NCBI GenBank assembly: GCA_965277285.1
Contig: OZ255721.1
Coordinates: forward strand, 1,184,001 to 1,248,000
Reading direction: 5' to 3'
Source of the DNA: Abditibacteriaceae bacterium
GTDB taxonomy: Bacteria; Armatimonadota; Abditibacteriia; Abditibacteriales; Abditibacteriaceae
Length of the DNA: 64,000 nt
Shown here piece after piece: positions 48,792 through 59,189 of the stretch. Positions within the stretch are counted from its first letter, which is position 1. Each line of letters starts with the position of its first letter. Under the pieces are notes generated by a model. It was not told the origin of the DNA. It worked only from the letters and a program-made list of their open reading frames with translations, and did not search any database. The translations under genes and the position numbers were made by a program.

Positions 48792-50018
48792 TCACAAACC
48801 GCCGACCAAACGTCCTGGCGCGCAAACGTTCGCAGCGTCGAATTTTGCTTTGAGGCGCTGCATCAAGAAGAAATCGGTGCCAGTTTCGCCCCACACATTT
48901 TGTGGCGTGCGCAGTTCGTCCGGCGCGCGTTCAACGATGAGAAAACCGTCGCGTTGCATGGCTTCCGCGCGCAAAAACGCGATGTCGGGAACATCGTCGA
49001 AAGAAGTGCGCACGATTCCCAAGCCGCAATCCCACATCGTTCGTGTCGCGCCATTTTCTCGCGCCATTGAAATCCATTCGGGCGCCAAACGCAAAGGCAA
49101 ACGTGCACGCACTTCAACGCAATACGCGGTTTCATCTGGCGAAACTAACGGCGATGAAGCATCAAGGTTCGTAATTTCAAAGTTGGCGTTCAGAGTTTTC
49201 AAGAGCGCGGTTTGCGCTTCGACCGACGCGCGCACGCCATCAAATCGAACATCAATTTTGTGACAGTTTCGAGTACTCGAAAGGCGCAAAGAGGTCTGTT
49301 CAAAAGCGCCATCGAATATTTGCCAGGCGGTTCGTGCGGCGTCGTCGAAGCTTGAAACCGTTGCGCTACAAACCGCGCTGCTTTCGTCTTGCGGACGCAG
49401 GCGAATCGTGACGCGCGTGATGAGGCCAAAGGTTCCGAAGGAGCCGATGAACAATTTGTTCAAGTCGTAGCCGCTGACGTTTTTGACGACTTTGCCACCC
49501 GCTTTCACCAAACGTCCATCGGACAGCGCAACGTGCGTTCCCGTCACCAAATCGCGCGGCGCGCCATATTTCAGCGCGACGCTTGTCGTCAAATTGGTGG
49601 CAACGGCGCCGCCCAAAGTCGCATCATTCGAGTACTCGATGGGCACAAATTGGTGGCGGACGCGCAAAGTTTCATCCAGGTCGCGTAACCGGATTCCGCT
49701 GCCGACTTCCACTGTCGCATTGCCTTCGTCGTGTTCGTGAATCGTGTTCAGTTTTTCAGTCGAAATTAGCAGTTCGCAACGCTGAGGCATCGCGCCGATA
49801 TGAAGTTTGGTTCCACCGCCACTTGCCAGAAAAGCAACGTTTTCGCGTCCGCACCATTTAACTAAATTCGCAGCGGCTTCTTCACTTTGCGGCACCACGA
49901 CAAATTGCGGACACGCGCCGCCCGCGTTTTCGTTTTCCATCGCGGCGCGCACTTCCACCAACGAGCCAAACTCGCGTTGAATAGTGTCGAAAACGAGCGA
50001 TTTCATAGTGGTTGCCAC
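48792..50018 (-). CDS. FAD-binding oxidoreductase (glycolate oxidase GlcE-like)
   Basis: GGGTKL, ATLGGAVA, YGAPRD, GGKVVKNVSGYDL.KL.IGS.GT.G, K..FD.....PGR. Confidence 0.9.
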   Translation of the reverse strand: MATTMKSLVFDTIQREFGSLVEVRAAMENENAGGACPQFVVVPQSEEAAANLVKWCGRENVAFLASGGGTKLHIGAMPQRCELLISTEKLNTIHEHDEGNATVEVGSGIRLRDLDETLRVRHQFVPIEYSNDATLGGAVATNLTTSVALKYGAPRDLVTGTHVALSDGRLVKAGGKVVKNVSGYDLNKLFIGSFGTFGLITRVTIRLRPQDESSAVCSATVSSFDDAARTAWQIFDGAFEQTSLRLSSTRNCHKIDVRFDGVRASVEAQTALLKTLNANFEITNLDASSPLVSPDETAYCVEVRARLPLRLAPEWISMARENGATRTMWDCGLGIVRTSFDDVPDIAFLRAEAMQRDGFLIVERAPDELRTPQNVWGETGTDFFLMQRLKAKFDAANVCAPGRLVGGL

Positions 50019-50036
50019 TTATTAACGAACCGAATT

Positions 50037-50120
50037 AACGAACCCGAAGCGTAAGCGACGGGCTTAAGTAACCGTTTCACGCGGCTATTACGATAAGCCC
50101 GTCGCTTACGCTCGGGGTTC
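50037..50120. repeat. REP-like hairpin family B
   Basis: GAACCCGAAGCGTAAGCGACGGGCTTA...TAAGCCCGTCGCTTACGCTCGGGGTTC. Confidence 0.85.
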
Positions 50121-50142
50121 TTTGACTGCTTCCTGCCGCTGC

Positions 50143-51756
50143 CTACTGATTAACGTGCGCCAAAGTCACGTCGTGAAAGTACCATTGAATGATTTGTTGC
50201 GCGTTCCAGCCTTGAAGCGCGTGGTTTTGCGCGCCGCGCTGACACATTCCCGCGCCGTGTCCCCAGCCTGCGCCTTTAAAAATCCACGCCGTGATTTGCT
50301 GGTTGGCGTCGCGTTGCGGAATGACGACAAACGTGGAAGACGGCAGCGCGGTGGTCGAACCCAGGCGACCGGAAAACATCGCGCGAATTTGCGAATCTTT
50401 TTCATAAGTCGCAAACAAACTGGCACCATTTGGATCGTGTCCGACGACTTGCAAGCGTTTAATATGTCCGCTGGGCGAGCGTTCGAGTACTCGAACTTCG
50501 GTGACAATCGCGCCCGCCGCTTTCAAAACGACGGCCATTTGCGCGGGAGTTAAAACGCGCGTCCAGCGGTAGAATTCCGGCAAATCGTTGGCTTGAAAAA
50601 GCGCCGCTGCGTGCGCGTTACTTTGGCGACGAACCGTCAAAGCGCGAATCTCCGAAGTTGAAGGTTGCGCGTAAGAGGGCAAGTTGCGCGTGCAATAAGT
50701 CGCCCATTTCGCTTCTGTCATGCCGCCGCGCAACAATTGTGCGGTTTCGCTATTGGGCGCAAAATCGCGCACGCTTTTCAAATACGCTTCGGGCGTGCCG
50801 CGCCATACATCGTCAGCCGAAGAAGTCAGGCCGCCGCTGTTGGTGCCGTAAACCGCGTCCGCGATATGGCCGTTCTGGATGATGACTTCGCCCGACGTTT
50901 CATCGACGGCACGATTGGTGCGCGCGCTTTCGTTTTCGGTTCCGCTGTAGCCCTGGCAATGATCGTAGTCGCACATATCGAAGCCGTCGAGCGCGTGGCG
51001 TCCATCGGCGATTTTGGCCAGAGTTTCGCTGCGCGCACAAATTGCCTGCGCTTTTAAGGCTTCCATCGGCGCCGTTTTGTCCATTTCCCACGGCACCACG
51101 CCTTTGAGATATTGATCCAGCGTCAGGATATTGACCACGCGCAGCGGACTTTTGTGCATGGCGGGTTCAAAGGAGTACGTTTGCGGCGCGATTTCAAAGT
51201 TGCCGCGATAACCGCGACGACCGCGCGGATCGGCGCCATCGGTCGCAATGCGCGCGATGCCGCTGCTTTGAATGACGGGAACTTGCCAGCCCGCATACGA
51301 CAAACCGCCAGTTTGCACGTTGATATTGCCGCTAAAAGTCGTGCCATGCGCCTGCACGGTGGAAGGTGCGCCCAAGGTGAACAAGATGTTGGTGCCAGCG
51401 GGAATGACGATGCGCCGCCCGTTTTGCGCGCTGTCGGTGACGATCATTTGCCCGTCGGCGACCATCACAATCGGGCCGCCTAAAGTCGTCAAGCCGATGC
51501 GCAAAATGCGACCTTGCGGCTTGGGCGCGACGCGGCGATAAGCAATTAGTTGCGCCACAGGCATCGCTGGCGCAGCAGATGACAATGATGCCGAACGTTG
51601 CACTTTTTGCAGGACGGAAATGGGCGTTGACGCGGTTTGCGGCGTTGTCTTGTGGCTGCGCGGGAAGGCGAAAGTCGCGCCACCGGCAAATGTGAAGAGT
51701 GCTGCCAGCGCGACAAATTTGGTCGAAAAGGTCGAACGTGAAGGGTAAATACGCAT
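50143..51756 (-). CDS. SpoIID/LytB-domain protein
   Basis: YRG, VN...L..YL.GVVP.E, EALKAQA.CARS, CQ.Y.G, G.GWGHG.GMCQ.GA. Confidence 0.93.
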   Translation of the reverse strand: MRIYPSRSTFSTKFVALAALFTFAGGATFAFPRSHKTTPQTASTPISVLQKVQRSASLSSAAPAMPVAQLIAYRRVAPKPQGRILRIGLTTLGGPIVMVADGQMIVTDSAQNGRRIVIPAGTNILFTLGAPSTVQAHGTTFSGNINVQTGGLSYAGWQVPVIQSSGIARIATDGADPRGRRGYRGNFEIAPQTYSFEPAMHKSPLRVVNILTLDQYLKGVVPWEMDKTAPMEALKAQAICARSETLAKIADGRHALDGFDMCDYDHCQGYSGTENESARTNRAVDETSGEVIIQNGHIADAVYGTNSGGLTSSADDVWRGTPEAYLKSVRDFAPNSETAQLLRGGMTEAKWATYCTRNLPSYAQPSTSEIRALTVRRQSNAHAAALFQANDLPEFYRWTRVLTPAQMAVVLKAAGAIVTEVRVLERSPSGHIKRLQVVGHDPNGASLFATYEKDSQIRAMFSGRLGSTTALPSSTFVVIPQRDANQQITAWIFKGAGWGHGAGMCQRGAQNHALQGWNAQQIIQWYFHDVTLAHVNQ

Positions 51757-51873
51757 GAATCGAGTACTCGAAAACGAAATGAAATGGTGCAGCCGTGCGA
51801 CAAAATATCTTAACACAGCGATGGCGGTTTGGTTATGTTGCCGCGTGCAACCGCGCGCGATACAATAGCGGTT

Positions 51874-52284
51874 ATGCAGTTACTCACGACAGCCCAAATA
51901 TGGACGCGATTCGCTCAATCGGCTTTGCTCACGACCGCCGTTTGTCTCGTCGTGGCATACATCCTTCTCAAAACGACGGGCGTTCCCGCGACTTATCCAC
52001 CATTGCTGCCGCAACAAATTATCGCGGGTACAGTTGGCGGCGCGCTGCTCGTCACGCTGGGCTACTGGCTTTTGACTGCGTTCGTCCGTGACCCGAAAAC
52101 CCTCAACATCATTTTCGTTGTCGCTGGCATCGTTTTGTTGATCGCTTCCTACCATTTGCCTTATCGCTTGAGCTATACCAAGTCGCCACGTTTCGCGGGT
52201 GTCACAATGGCCGCGCAAATCGGCCAGGGATTTTTGCACACTTTGGTCGTTGGCTTGAGCTGTTTCTGCTTTCTGCGCAAATAA
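51874..52284 (+). CDS. Hypothetical membrane protein (4 TM)
   Basis: Four hydrophobic segments. Confidence 0.6.
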   Translation: MQLLTTAQIWTRFAQSALLTTAVCLVVAYILLKTTGVPATYPPLLPQQIIAGTVGGALLVTLGYWLLTAFVRDPKTLNIIFVVAGIVLLIASYHLPYRLSYTKSPRFAGVTMAAQIGQGFLHTLVVGLSCFCFLRK

Positions 52285-52354
52285 AATCGTCTCGAGATGC
52301 CTTCAATTTCCTTCAACATTATCGCTTAGGATCGTTCAAACCAAGCCGCAACTT

Positions 52355-53464
52355 ATGCAGAAATCTAAAACGAGCCGAGCCACCAAACAAAATAACGCCG
52401 CGCAACATAACGCGATTGCTCCATCAAAGGACGACAAGCCAATCGACGATAAACCGTTGGTGGACGGCACGGTTTTGCGCGCTTTCAGCGGGCTGTATGA
52501 AGTCGATGTACGTTCGTCGGGTGATGATTCGAGTACTCAATCGACAGCTGAGTTTCAAAAACAAAACGAGACTTCGCAATCCGCCGACATTTTGTTGTGT
52601 ACGGTTAGCGGCAAATTGAAGAAAGGCAAGCGAACTTTGGCGCAGCCAGTTTCGGTTGGTGACCGCGTGCGCGTTCGAGTACTCGAAACCAGTGGCGCCG
52701 ATGCGCGCGGTCGCCTTTTGCGCGAAGGTTACATCGAAGAAATTCGACCGCGCACGTCGGTTCTGGCACGTTCGCGCACCAATAAAGCCGATCAAGTTAC
52801 GGTCGCCAATCTCGATCAGGCGATCGTCGTGATGTCACTGCGCGAACCCGAACTCAATACACACCGGCTGGATCGCTTTCTGGTTTTGGCCGAAGCCTCC
52901 GAACTCAAAGCGGTGATTTGTCTCAACAAAGCCGATTTGGTGCCCAAGCGCAGCCTCAAAAAAGAAACCAAACATTTGATTGATTTATACGGTGGATTAG
53001 GTTATCCCGTGGTTTTGACTTCAGCGGAAAAGGACGACGGAGTGGAAGAATTGCGCGAACAATTGCGCGATCATTTGTCAGCGGTTTTGGGTTCGTCCGG
53101 CGTCGGCAAATCGTCTTTGATTAACGCGGTGCAGCCTGGCTTGCATTTGTGGGTCGGCGACGTGATGGAAATTGGCAAAGGTCGTCACACCACGACGGAC
53201 GTTTCGCTGCATCGCTTGAACAAAGGCGGCTACATCGCCGACACGCCGGGCATTAAAACTGTGACGCTGCTCGAGCGCGATGATGTGAATCTGGCGCAAT
53301 GTTTCCCCGAATTTCGGCCTTTTGAAAACGCTTGTCGCTTCAACAACTGCACGCACTTGCACGAACCGGGTTGCGCCGTTCGCGCCGCTGTCGAAGGCAA
53401 AAAAATCAACGCCGCGCGTTATGAAAGTTATCGCCGCATGAGCGAAGAAAAAGAAGACGATTGA
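52355..53464 (+). CDS. rsgA: Ribosome small subunit-dependent GTPase A
   Basis: VGDRV, ANLDQ, NKADL, GSSGVGKSSLIN, GRHTTT, DTPG, CRF.NC.H..EPGC. Confidence 0.97.
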   Translation: MQKSKTSRATKQNNAAQHNAIAPSKDDKPIDDKPLVDGTVLRAFSGLYEVDVRSSGDDSSTQSTAEFQKQNETSQSADILLCTVSGKLKKGKRTLAQPVSVGDRVRVRVLETSGADARGRLLREGYIEEIRPRTSVLARSRTNKADQVTVANLDQAIVVMSLREPELNTHRLDRFLVLAEASELKAVICLNKADLVPKRSLKKETKHLIDLYGGLGYPVVLTSAEKDDGVEELREQLRDHLSAVLGSSGVGKSSLINAVQPGLHLWVGDVMEIGKGRHTTTDVSLHRLNKGGYIADTPGIKTVTLLERDDVNLAQCFPEFRPFENACRFNNCTHLHEPGCAVRAAVEGKKINAARYESYRRMSEEKEDD

Positions 53465-53773
53465 AGCAATCTAAAGAGTGGCGGGCAAAAATCCGGCGCT
53501 TAACTTCTCTCAATCACACCAATTTATCGCAGTGGCAATTTCGTCGAATTCCTTTCAAATTGACACGCTTTCTTTTCAATTGGCCAAAAGCGTGAACGAT
53601 ATAAATGCAAACTCTGCGCTAATATCGGTATCAGCGATGGAAGTTTCGTTCAAAAGGAGAAGATTCGAGTACTCGAGGGCGTTATGAGAGCGTTATAAAG
53701 AAGGGCAAAAGCGGCAAAAAAACAAGCATTCTTACTTTGAAATAAGAATGCCTGTCGGTCGAATTTTCGGAGG

Positions 53774-53989
53774 TTATTCGTAGTCTTCGAGATCGGGTTC
53801 CTGGCTGGGGCGCAACAGTTTGTTGTAAAGCCCCAGATTGAGGATGGTTGGCGCCCACAATCCAACAAAGATTCCGGCTTCCTTGCGGCCCGTGAAATAC
53901 AAACACAACGACAGCACAATCGATCCGGCGACGCCACCATAATAAACGCTGCTGGGCAGGTTCTCGATGCTTTCCAAGATTTCGTCCAT
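53774..53989 (-). CDS. Small membrane protein
   Basis: SI..SL.L...G.K..G.FVGLWAPTIL.LGLYNKL; GGGG RBS-like. Confidence 0.7.
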   Translation of the reverse strand: MDEILESIENLPSSVYYGGVAGSIVLSLCLYFTGRKEAGIFVGLWAPTILNLGLYNKLLRPSQEPDLEDYE

Positions 53990-54243
53990 GTAATTTCCCC
54001 TTATCGTTTCCGCGCGTTCCTTGGGCAAATAAAATGCCTTGGTTTGGCGCTCGAGGGAAGCCACGAAAGAAGTCGCAACGGTACATCGAGTACTCGATAT
54101 ACAGGTTTATGATTGCCCACAGACAACGTTAAAGCAAAACAATAACGCAAGTTTTGCACAGATGCGAAGCACCATTGTTTATGAAGCACCATTGTTTATA
54201 TGTTTGCAATTCAAGTAGAACCCGATGTTTTTGGCTGTAACGA

Positions 54244-57200
54244 TTGCGCCGTGTTAGAAACGTCGCGTTGGTCCTGATTTGTATGAACACTTATTCTCTC
54301 CTGATGGCAATCGCGATGACGCCGCTTCCGGGCGCGATTTTTCTTTGCGCGGTTTCTTGGATTACGGCGGGCGTTTGTGCTTATTATGGCTTGCGCGACG
54401 CTGCGCAGCGTGACGCGTCCGGCCAGGCGTCGAGCGGTGAAGCAGCGCGGAACTTCACGGCCAGTTACTCGATGTTGCAAGGCGCCCGCGTTCTGCGCGA
54501 TGAGCGCACGGCTCGCATCGGTTGGCTGTTTATTGTCGCGGCTTTGCTGCTGCGCGGCGCGTGCGCGTTGCTTGCCTTAAGCGAGGAACGCTTTCTCCAC
54601 GCTTTATTCGCTTTTTGTCTGATTGCCATTCCTATGCTGTGCAGCGTTGGACTATTTAATCTTCTGGCGCCCTGCTTCCAAGGAGATGAAGCTGAACAAG
54701 AAGAAGGCGATGGCGAGTACGCTGAGGCAACGCAAAAACCGTTGATGCCCGCAGATGCCGAAGCTCAACACGCTTTGCCGCTGGCGCGCGTTCTGGATCG
54801 TATGACGCCGCGCGAGCGTTCTTTGACTTTGAGCGCCTTCGATGCCTTTATCCTGGGCGGTTCGGTCGCCGCTCTCACCTGGTGGTTGTGGGGCAGCCGC
54901 AGTGCTCTTGCCACTTTGACGCCACAGGCTTCGCTCACCGGCGTGATGCGCGACATGGCGACCGTCCTCTGGTTTGTCAACGCCGCCTGGATCGCTCTCA
55001 ACTTTCCAACGCTCGCACAATCGCGGCTTGGCCTGCTTTTGCCAGACGCGGCACTCTCGACAACAGCTTTCTCGACAACAGCTTTCTCGACAACAATTAT
55101 TTCGCCAACAAGCGCACCTGCAGAAACCGTAACTCCATCCGCGACCTTGTGGCAAGCGCGCCAGAACGCGCTTAAGCCGGTTTGGACGGCGTTGTTGGCT
55201 GGCTCGTTGATCTTTGGATTGGTCAGCGCTCACCTCAACAGCCGCACGCCCATCGCTAATGTGGGCGCGAACGTCATGCCGCTTTTCGACACGCTTTTGC
55301 TGGCTGCCGCCGCTTTATGCTACGCCGCCGCCGCGTGGTATCTCGTTCCAGATGAAGTGACGGCAAGCAACGTCCAGGCCAACACGCAAGAACCCGGCAG
55401 CAGGGAAATGGCATCCTCGGAAATTGACGTTCAGGAAGCGGCCAGCGTTGATACCGGCGCACCGATGTTGCAGGCCGCTTTTCAAGTCGCGCGCAACTTT
55501 CTGACGTTGCTTCTGCCGTGCGCGGCGGCGGCGGCGGGAACCTGGTACGCAGTTCACAGTCGAACGCAGCTTCCGCCGGGCGCTGTTCATGGCAATGCGC
55601 TATCGGGCGCCGAAGTTTGGTGGGATGCCTTGCTGTTGCTGTGCGCATCGCTGCGTCACTTGTCGTTGAGCTTGTATGAAAACCTTTACTCGTCGCGCCA
55701 GTCGCAAACTTTGCAGCGCTCGGTGACAGCCTTACGCGAAGAAGTCACCTGGCGCACGCAACAATTAACGACGCTGCACTCGGTCAGCGCCGATTTGAAC
55801 AACACGCTGAGCCACGAACAAGTGCTCAACCTCGCCTTGCAGCGCTTGATGGAAGCCGTGCGCGCCGATGCCGGAGCCGTCTGGCTGCTGAGCAACTTCG
55901 AGCAAATCGCCGCTGATAGAACGGGCGAATCGCGGAGCGCAACGTCCGTTGGCGAAGAACAAAAACGCCGTAAAAGTGAACGCGAGAACGGCGGCAACCG
56001 AGCTGGCAACGGCGCAGTTTTTAACGCTTCAAGTGCGTCTCCATCTACGAAATCGAGTACTCAATCGGCTGGAGCCAAAGCCGTAGCGCCACGCCTGAAC
56101 CTGCTCGATGTCTTTGATTCCGAGCAACAAAACGCACGAGTTCATCCGGCTCCGCAAGCTATCCTCAAAACCACAACCAGCACGGAAGAACAAGCCGAAC
56201 CTTCCCTCGAAGTGATGACGCGTGGCAAAAAGCGACTCAACGCCGCGATCCAACATTTTCATGCTCTGCACGAGCTGGCTTCAACGGAAGGCGAAGAATC
56301 GGCAAACTCGGGTGTCGATTTCGCCCTGCGTTCTGGTGACAACGCAGACGACGCTCGACAAAAATCGCCGGATCACGCATCTACGGGCTCGCTCAACAGT
56401 ACGTTGTCGCTGGATGTCTCCGGTCACGGTTTGCGGCGCAATCGCCCTCTGCACAGTAGTTTTCGCAGCGACAACGAAGACGGCGAAGACGACGCAGACA
56501 CCTCGAGCGCCTTGATAGAACTCGAAGGCGACGGCGTTTACGTCAGCGGGCCGCTGGGAGATTGGGGAACCTTTGTCGCCAGTAGCACAGCCGTTGCCGA
56601 CAGCGACACAGCCAGCAATCCGGTCGTTCACCGTGTCAGCCACACGCGCGATACGTACAAAATGCGCGCCACAAATGAGGCCGCCTCTCCATTAGCCAAG
56701 GCTGCGCTTCCCGCCTCAGACACTCAGCCCCAAGACACTCAGCCTGAAAAAAACTCCACCGAAAAAAGTCGCCCTTCTTCCAGCCAGGACGCGCCTTCAG
56801 CCAGGTTTGTTGACGCCAAGAATACGTCGGTCGAAAACGAGACGTCCAATGGAGTACTCGATGATTCGGCTTTTGTGCATCGCAACTGGCGTTTGGTGCG
56901 CGCCACAGGTTACAACACGCCAGCGACGAATCGCACGCTCGAAGCGATGAATCGCGCTCTGGAAGAAGGCGGCATTGTAAAGTGCGCTCGTTTGTCGGCG
57001 AGTTGGTTTGGCACGATTGGCGATGTTCACCTGGCGACGATTCGCTGGCACGGCGAAATCGTCGGCGTGTTGAGCGTGACTTCGCGCAAGCGTCATTTTC
57101 AAAACGCGGATCGCCGCTTGCTGGAAGCTTTGGCATCTGAAGTCAGCGGCGCCTTGCGCAATTCGTATATTTATCAACAAGCGCGGCGCTGGGCTGAACG

Positions 57201-58497
57201 CGACAGTGTGACCAATCTTTTCAACCACCGCGCGATGCAAGAAAAACTGGGACAGGAACTGGTTCACGCGCGCAATCGCGGCAGCGAAGTCACCGTCGTG
57301 ATGATGGACTTGAACAACTTCAAGTTTTTCAACGACACGTACGGCCATCCCGTCGGAGATCAAGTACTCGTTACCGTCGCGCAGTGCTTGCGCGAATCCT
57401 GCCGCACCATGGACATTATCGGGCGCTACGGCGGCGACGAATTTATCGCGGTTCTGCCCAATACCAGCACGGCGGAAGCGCTGGAGATTTGTCGTCGTAT
57501 CGAAGAATGTGTCGAAACCCAGCCCTACAGCGAAGGCGGCGATGAAGAAAGGCGCATTCCCATCGGCTTGTCGTTTGGCGCTGCGGTTTACCCACACGAT
57601 GGCAAATCACCGCTCGAACTTCTCACCGTGGCCGACGCGCACCTTTATGACGCCAAGCGCGGAGGTTCGCCGCTCGCGCAAATCATCGACACCGAAGAAA
57701 CCAAGGAGTTGCGCAAGCTCAAAGATATGACGGTCGGCGGCTCGTTTAGCGTACTCGATGCGCTGGTGACGGCGATTGACAACAAAGATCATTACACGCG
57801 GCGCCACAGCGAAGACGTGATGCACTGGGCCGTTTTGATGGGACGCGAACTGAATTTTTCCGAGGAAGTCCTGCGCGCCGTGCGCGTCAGCGGCCTGTTG
57901 CACGATGTCGGAAAAATCGCTGTTCCCGATGCCATTCTGCGCAAGCCCGGGCGCCTGGACGACGAAGAATCCGCCATTTTACAGCAACATCCGAACTTTG
58001 GCACCTTGATAGTGAAAGATGTGCCTCATCTGCCCGAAGTGCTGGGCGGCATTCGCCATCATCACGAGCGGTTTGACGGCAAAGGCTATCCCGACAAGTT
58101 GGGTGGCGAAGAAATTCCGATGATGGGACGTCTGCTCGCCGTGCCCGATTGCTTTTCAGCCATGACGACGAACCGGCCTTACCGCAAAGCCCTGACCTGG
58201 GCCGAAGCTCTCGCTGAAATCGAGCGCGGCATCGGCACGCAGTTCGATCCACAAATGGCTGCCGCCTTTCTCGAAGTAATGGCGCGCATTATCGCTGAAC
58301 AAAATAAGCCGCCCACAAACGGCACATCCGCGAACGGCACATCCGCGAACGGCACATCCGCGAACGATGCCCGCACCAACAACACCTCGACAGGCCGTGC
58401 CTCCGCAAACGGCAAAACTTCTGGCGTCAAAACAAAACCCAAAAACGGACGTGTCGATTTGGAAGACCCGACCTTTCCTTCCGCTTACGCACCGTGA
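54244..58497 (+). CDS. Membrane-bound GAF-GGDEF-HD-GYP c-di-GMP signalling protein
   Basis: Multiple N-terminal TMs; FK.FND.YGH..GD, GRYGGDEF; LHDVGKI, HHERFDGKGYP; start uncertain. Confidence 0.9.
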   Translation: MRRVRNVALVLICMNTYSLLMAIAMTPLPGAIFLCAVSWITAGVCAYYGLRDAAQRDASGQASSGEAARNFTASYSMLQGARVLRDERTARIGWLFIVAALLLRGACALLALSEERFLHALFAFCLIAIPMLCSVGLFNLLAPCFQGDEAEQEEGDGEYAEATQKPLMPADAEAQHALPLARVLDRMTPRERSLTLSAFDAFILGGSVAALTWWLWGSRSALATLTPQASLTGVMRDMATVLWFVNAAWIALNFPTLAQSRLGLLLPDAALSTTAFSTTAFSTTIISPTSAPAETVTPSATLWQARQNALKPVWTALLAGSLIFGLVSAHLNSRTPIANVGANVMPLFDTLLLAAAALCYAAAAWYLVPDEVTASNVQANTQEPGSREMASSEIDVQEAASVDTGAPMLQAAFQVARNFLTLLLPCAAAAAGTWYAVHSRTQLPPGAVHGNALSGAEVWWDALLLLCASLRHLSLSLYENLYSSRQSQTLQRSVTALREEVTWRTQQLTTLHSVSADLNNTLSHEQVLNLALQRLMEAVRADAGAVWLLSNFEQIAADRTGESRSATSVGEEQKRRKSERENGGNRAGNGAVFNASSASPSTKSSTQSAGAKAVAPRLNLLDVFDSEQQNARVHPAPQAILKTTTSTEEQAEPSLEVMTRGKKRLNAAIQHFHALHELASTEGEESANSGVDFALRSGDNADDARQKSPDHASTGSLNSTLSLDVSGHGLRRNRPLHSSFRSDNEDGEDDADTSSALIELEGDGVYVSGPLGDWGTFVASSTAVADSDTASNPVVHRVSHTRDTYKMRATNEAASPLAKAALPASDTQPQDTQPEKNSTEKSRPSSSQDAPSARFVDAKNTSVENETSNGVLDDSAFVHRNWRLVRATGYNTPATNRTLEAMNRALEEGGIVKCARLSASWFGTIGDVHLATIRWHGEIVGVLSVTSRKRHFQNADRRLLEALASEVSGALRNSYIYQQARRWAERDSVTNLFNHRAMQEKLGQELVHARNRGSEVTVVMMDLNNFKFFNDTYGHPVGDQVLVTVAQCLRESCRTMDIIGRYGGDEFIAVLPNTSTAEALEICRRIEECVETQPYSEGGDEERRIPIGLSFGAAVYPHDGKSPLELLTVADAHLYDAKRGGSPLAQIIDTEETKELRKLKDMTVGGSFSVLDALVTAIDNKDHYTRRHSEDVMHWAVLMGRELNFSEEVLRAVRVSGLLHDVGKIAVPDAILRKPGRLDDEESAILQQHPNFGTLIVKDVPHLPEVLGGIRHHHERFDGKGYPDKLGGEEIPMMGRLLAVPDCFSAMTTNRPYRKALTWAEALAEIERGIGTQFDPQMAAAFLEVMARIIAEQNKPPTNGTSANGTSANGTSANDARTNNTSTGRASANGKTSGVKTKPKNGRVDLEDPTFPSAYAP

Positions 58498-58583
58498 GTT
58501 TTTGAAGCCGATTAGCAAATCCACGCGCAGAACCTTCACCGAGCGCTACTTTGCATCGCATCGAGTACTCGATCTCTCAACAC

Positions 58584-59012
58584 TTATACTTCCTGGCGAA
58601 AGCTCATCTGGAAGTCAACGCAAATCACGTCAATCACATCGTCGTAAGTGGCAAACGCATAATGCTTGTGTTCCGTCGTCACTTTGCCTGTCGTAATCAT
58701 TTTCGCCTGCCAACGTGAATGCAAAACTTCGTCGAATTCACTGGCGAAATTGCGCTCGTGATGAAAGTGCAGCCACGAATCGAGTTCGAGTACGGAAAAC
58801 GCCATCACGCCGCGAAAGGTGATCGAATAAAACACTTCATCTTTGTCTGCTTGCGCCCTCACATCTTTCATAAAGCGATTGGTGAGGCATAAACCGCCGC
58901 GCAGCATGAGTGTGTTTTCCTCACAATCAAAATCGAAGAAATCGAGGGAAAGTGAAGTGCGACCTTGAATGACACCAAACTTTGTTTCAACTGGCTGGCA
59001 GATTTCGTCCAT
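58584..59012 (-). CDS. Hypothetical protein
   Basis: 142-aa ORF ending HY.F.TYDDV.DVIC. Confidence 0.6.
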   Translation of the reverse strand: MDEICQPVETKFGVIQGRTSLSLDFFDFDCEENTLMLRGGLCLTNRFMKDVRAQADKDEVFYSITFRGVMAFSVLELDSWLHFHHERNFASEFDEVLHSRWQAKMITTGKVTTEHKHYAFATYDDVIDVICVDFQMSFRQEV

Positions 59013-59069
59013 CGTTAAGAATCCGTTGGTCGTATCTCAAGTGGCGAGATAAATCGAATCTATCAAAGA

Positions 59070-59152
59070 AAGAACCCCGAGCGTCAGCGACAAGTGAAAT
59101 GTTGAAGAACAAACTCTTACGTTTCACTTGTCGCTGACGCTCGGGGTTCTTT
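59070..59152. repeat. REP-like hairpin family B
   Basis: AAGAACCCCGAGCGTCAGCGACAAGTGAAA...TTTCACTTGTCGCTGACGCTCGGGGTTCTT. Confidence 0.88.
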
Positions 59153-59189
59153 CAATCGACTCACGCGATTGCGCCATTGCTAAACCGTT

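Noticed and set aside
55890..56880. Intein in the GGDEF/HD-GYP protein
   Set aside because: No recognisable splicing motifs (no C-terminal HN followed by C/S/T, no LAGLIDADG); the sequence is low complexity.
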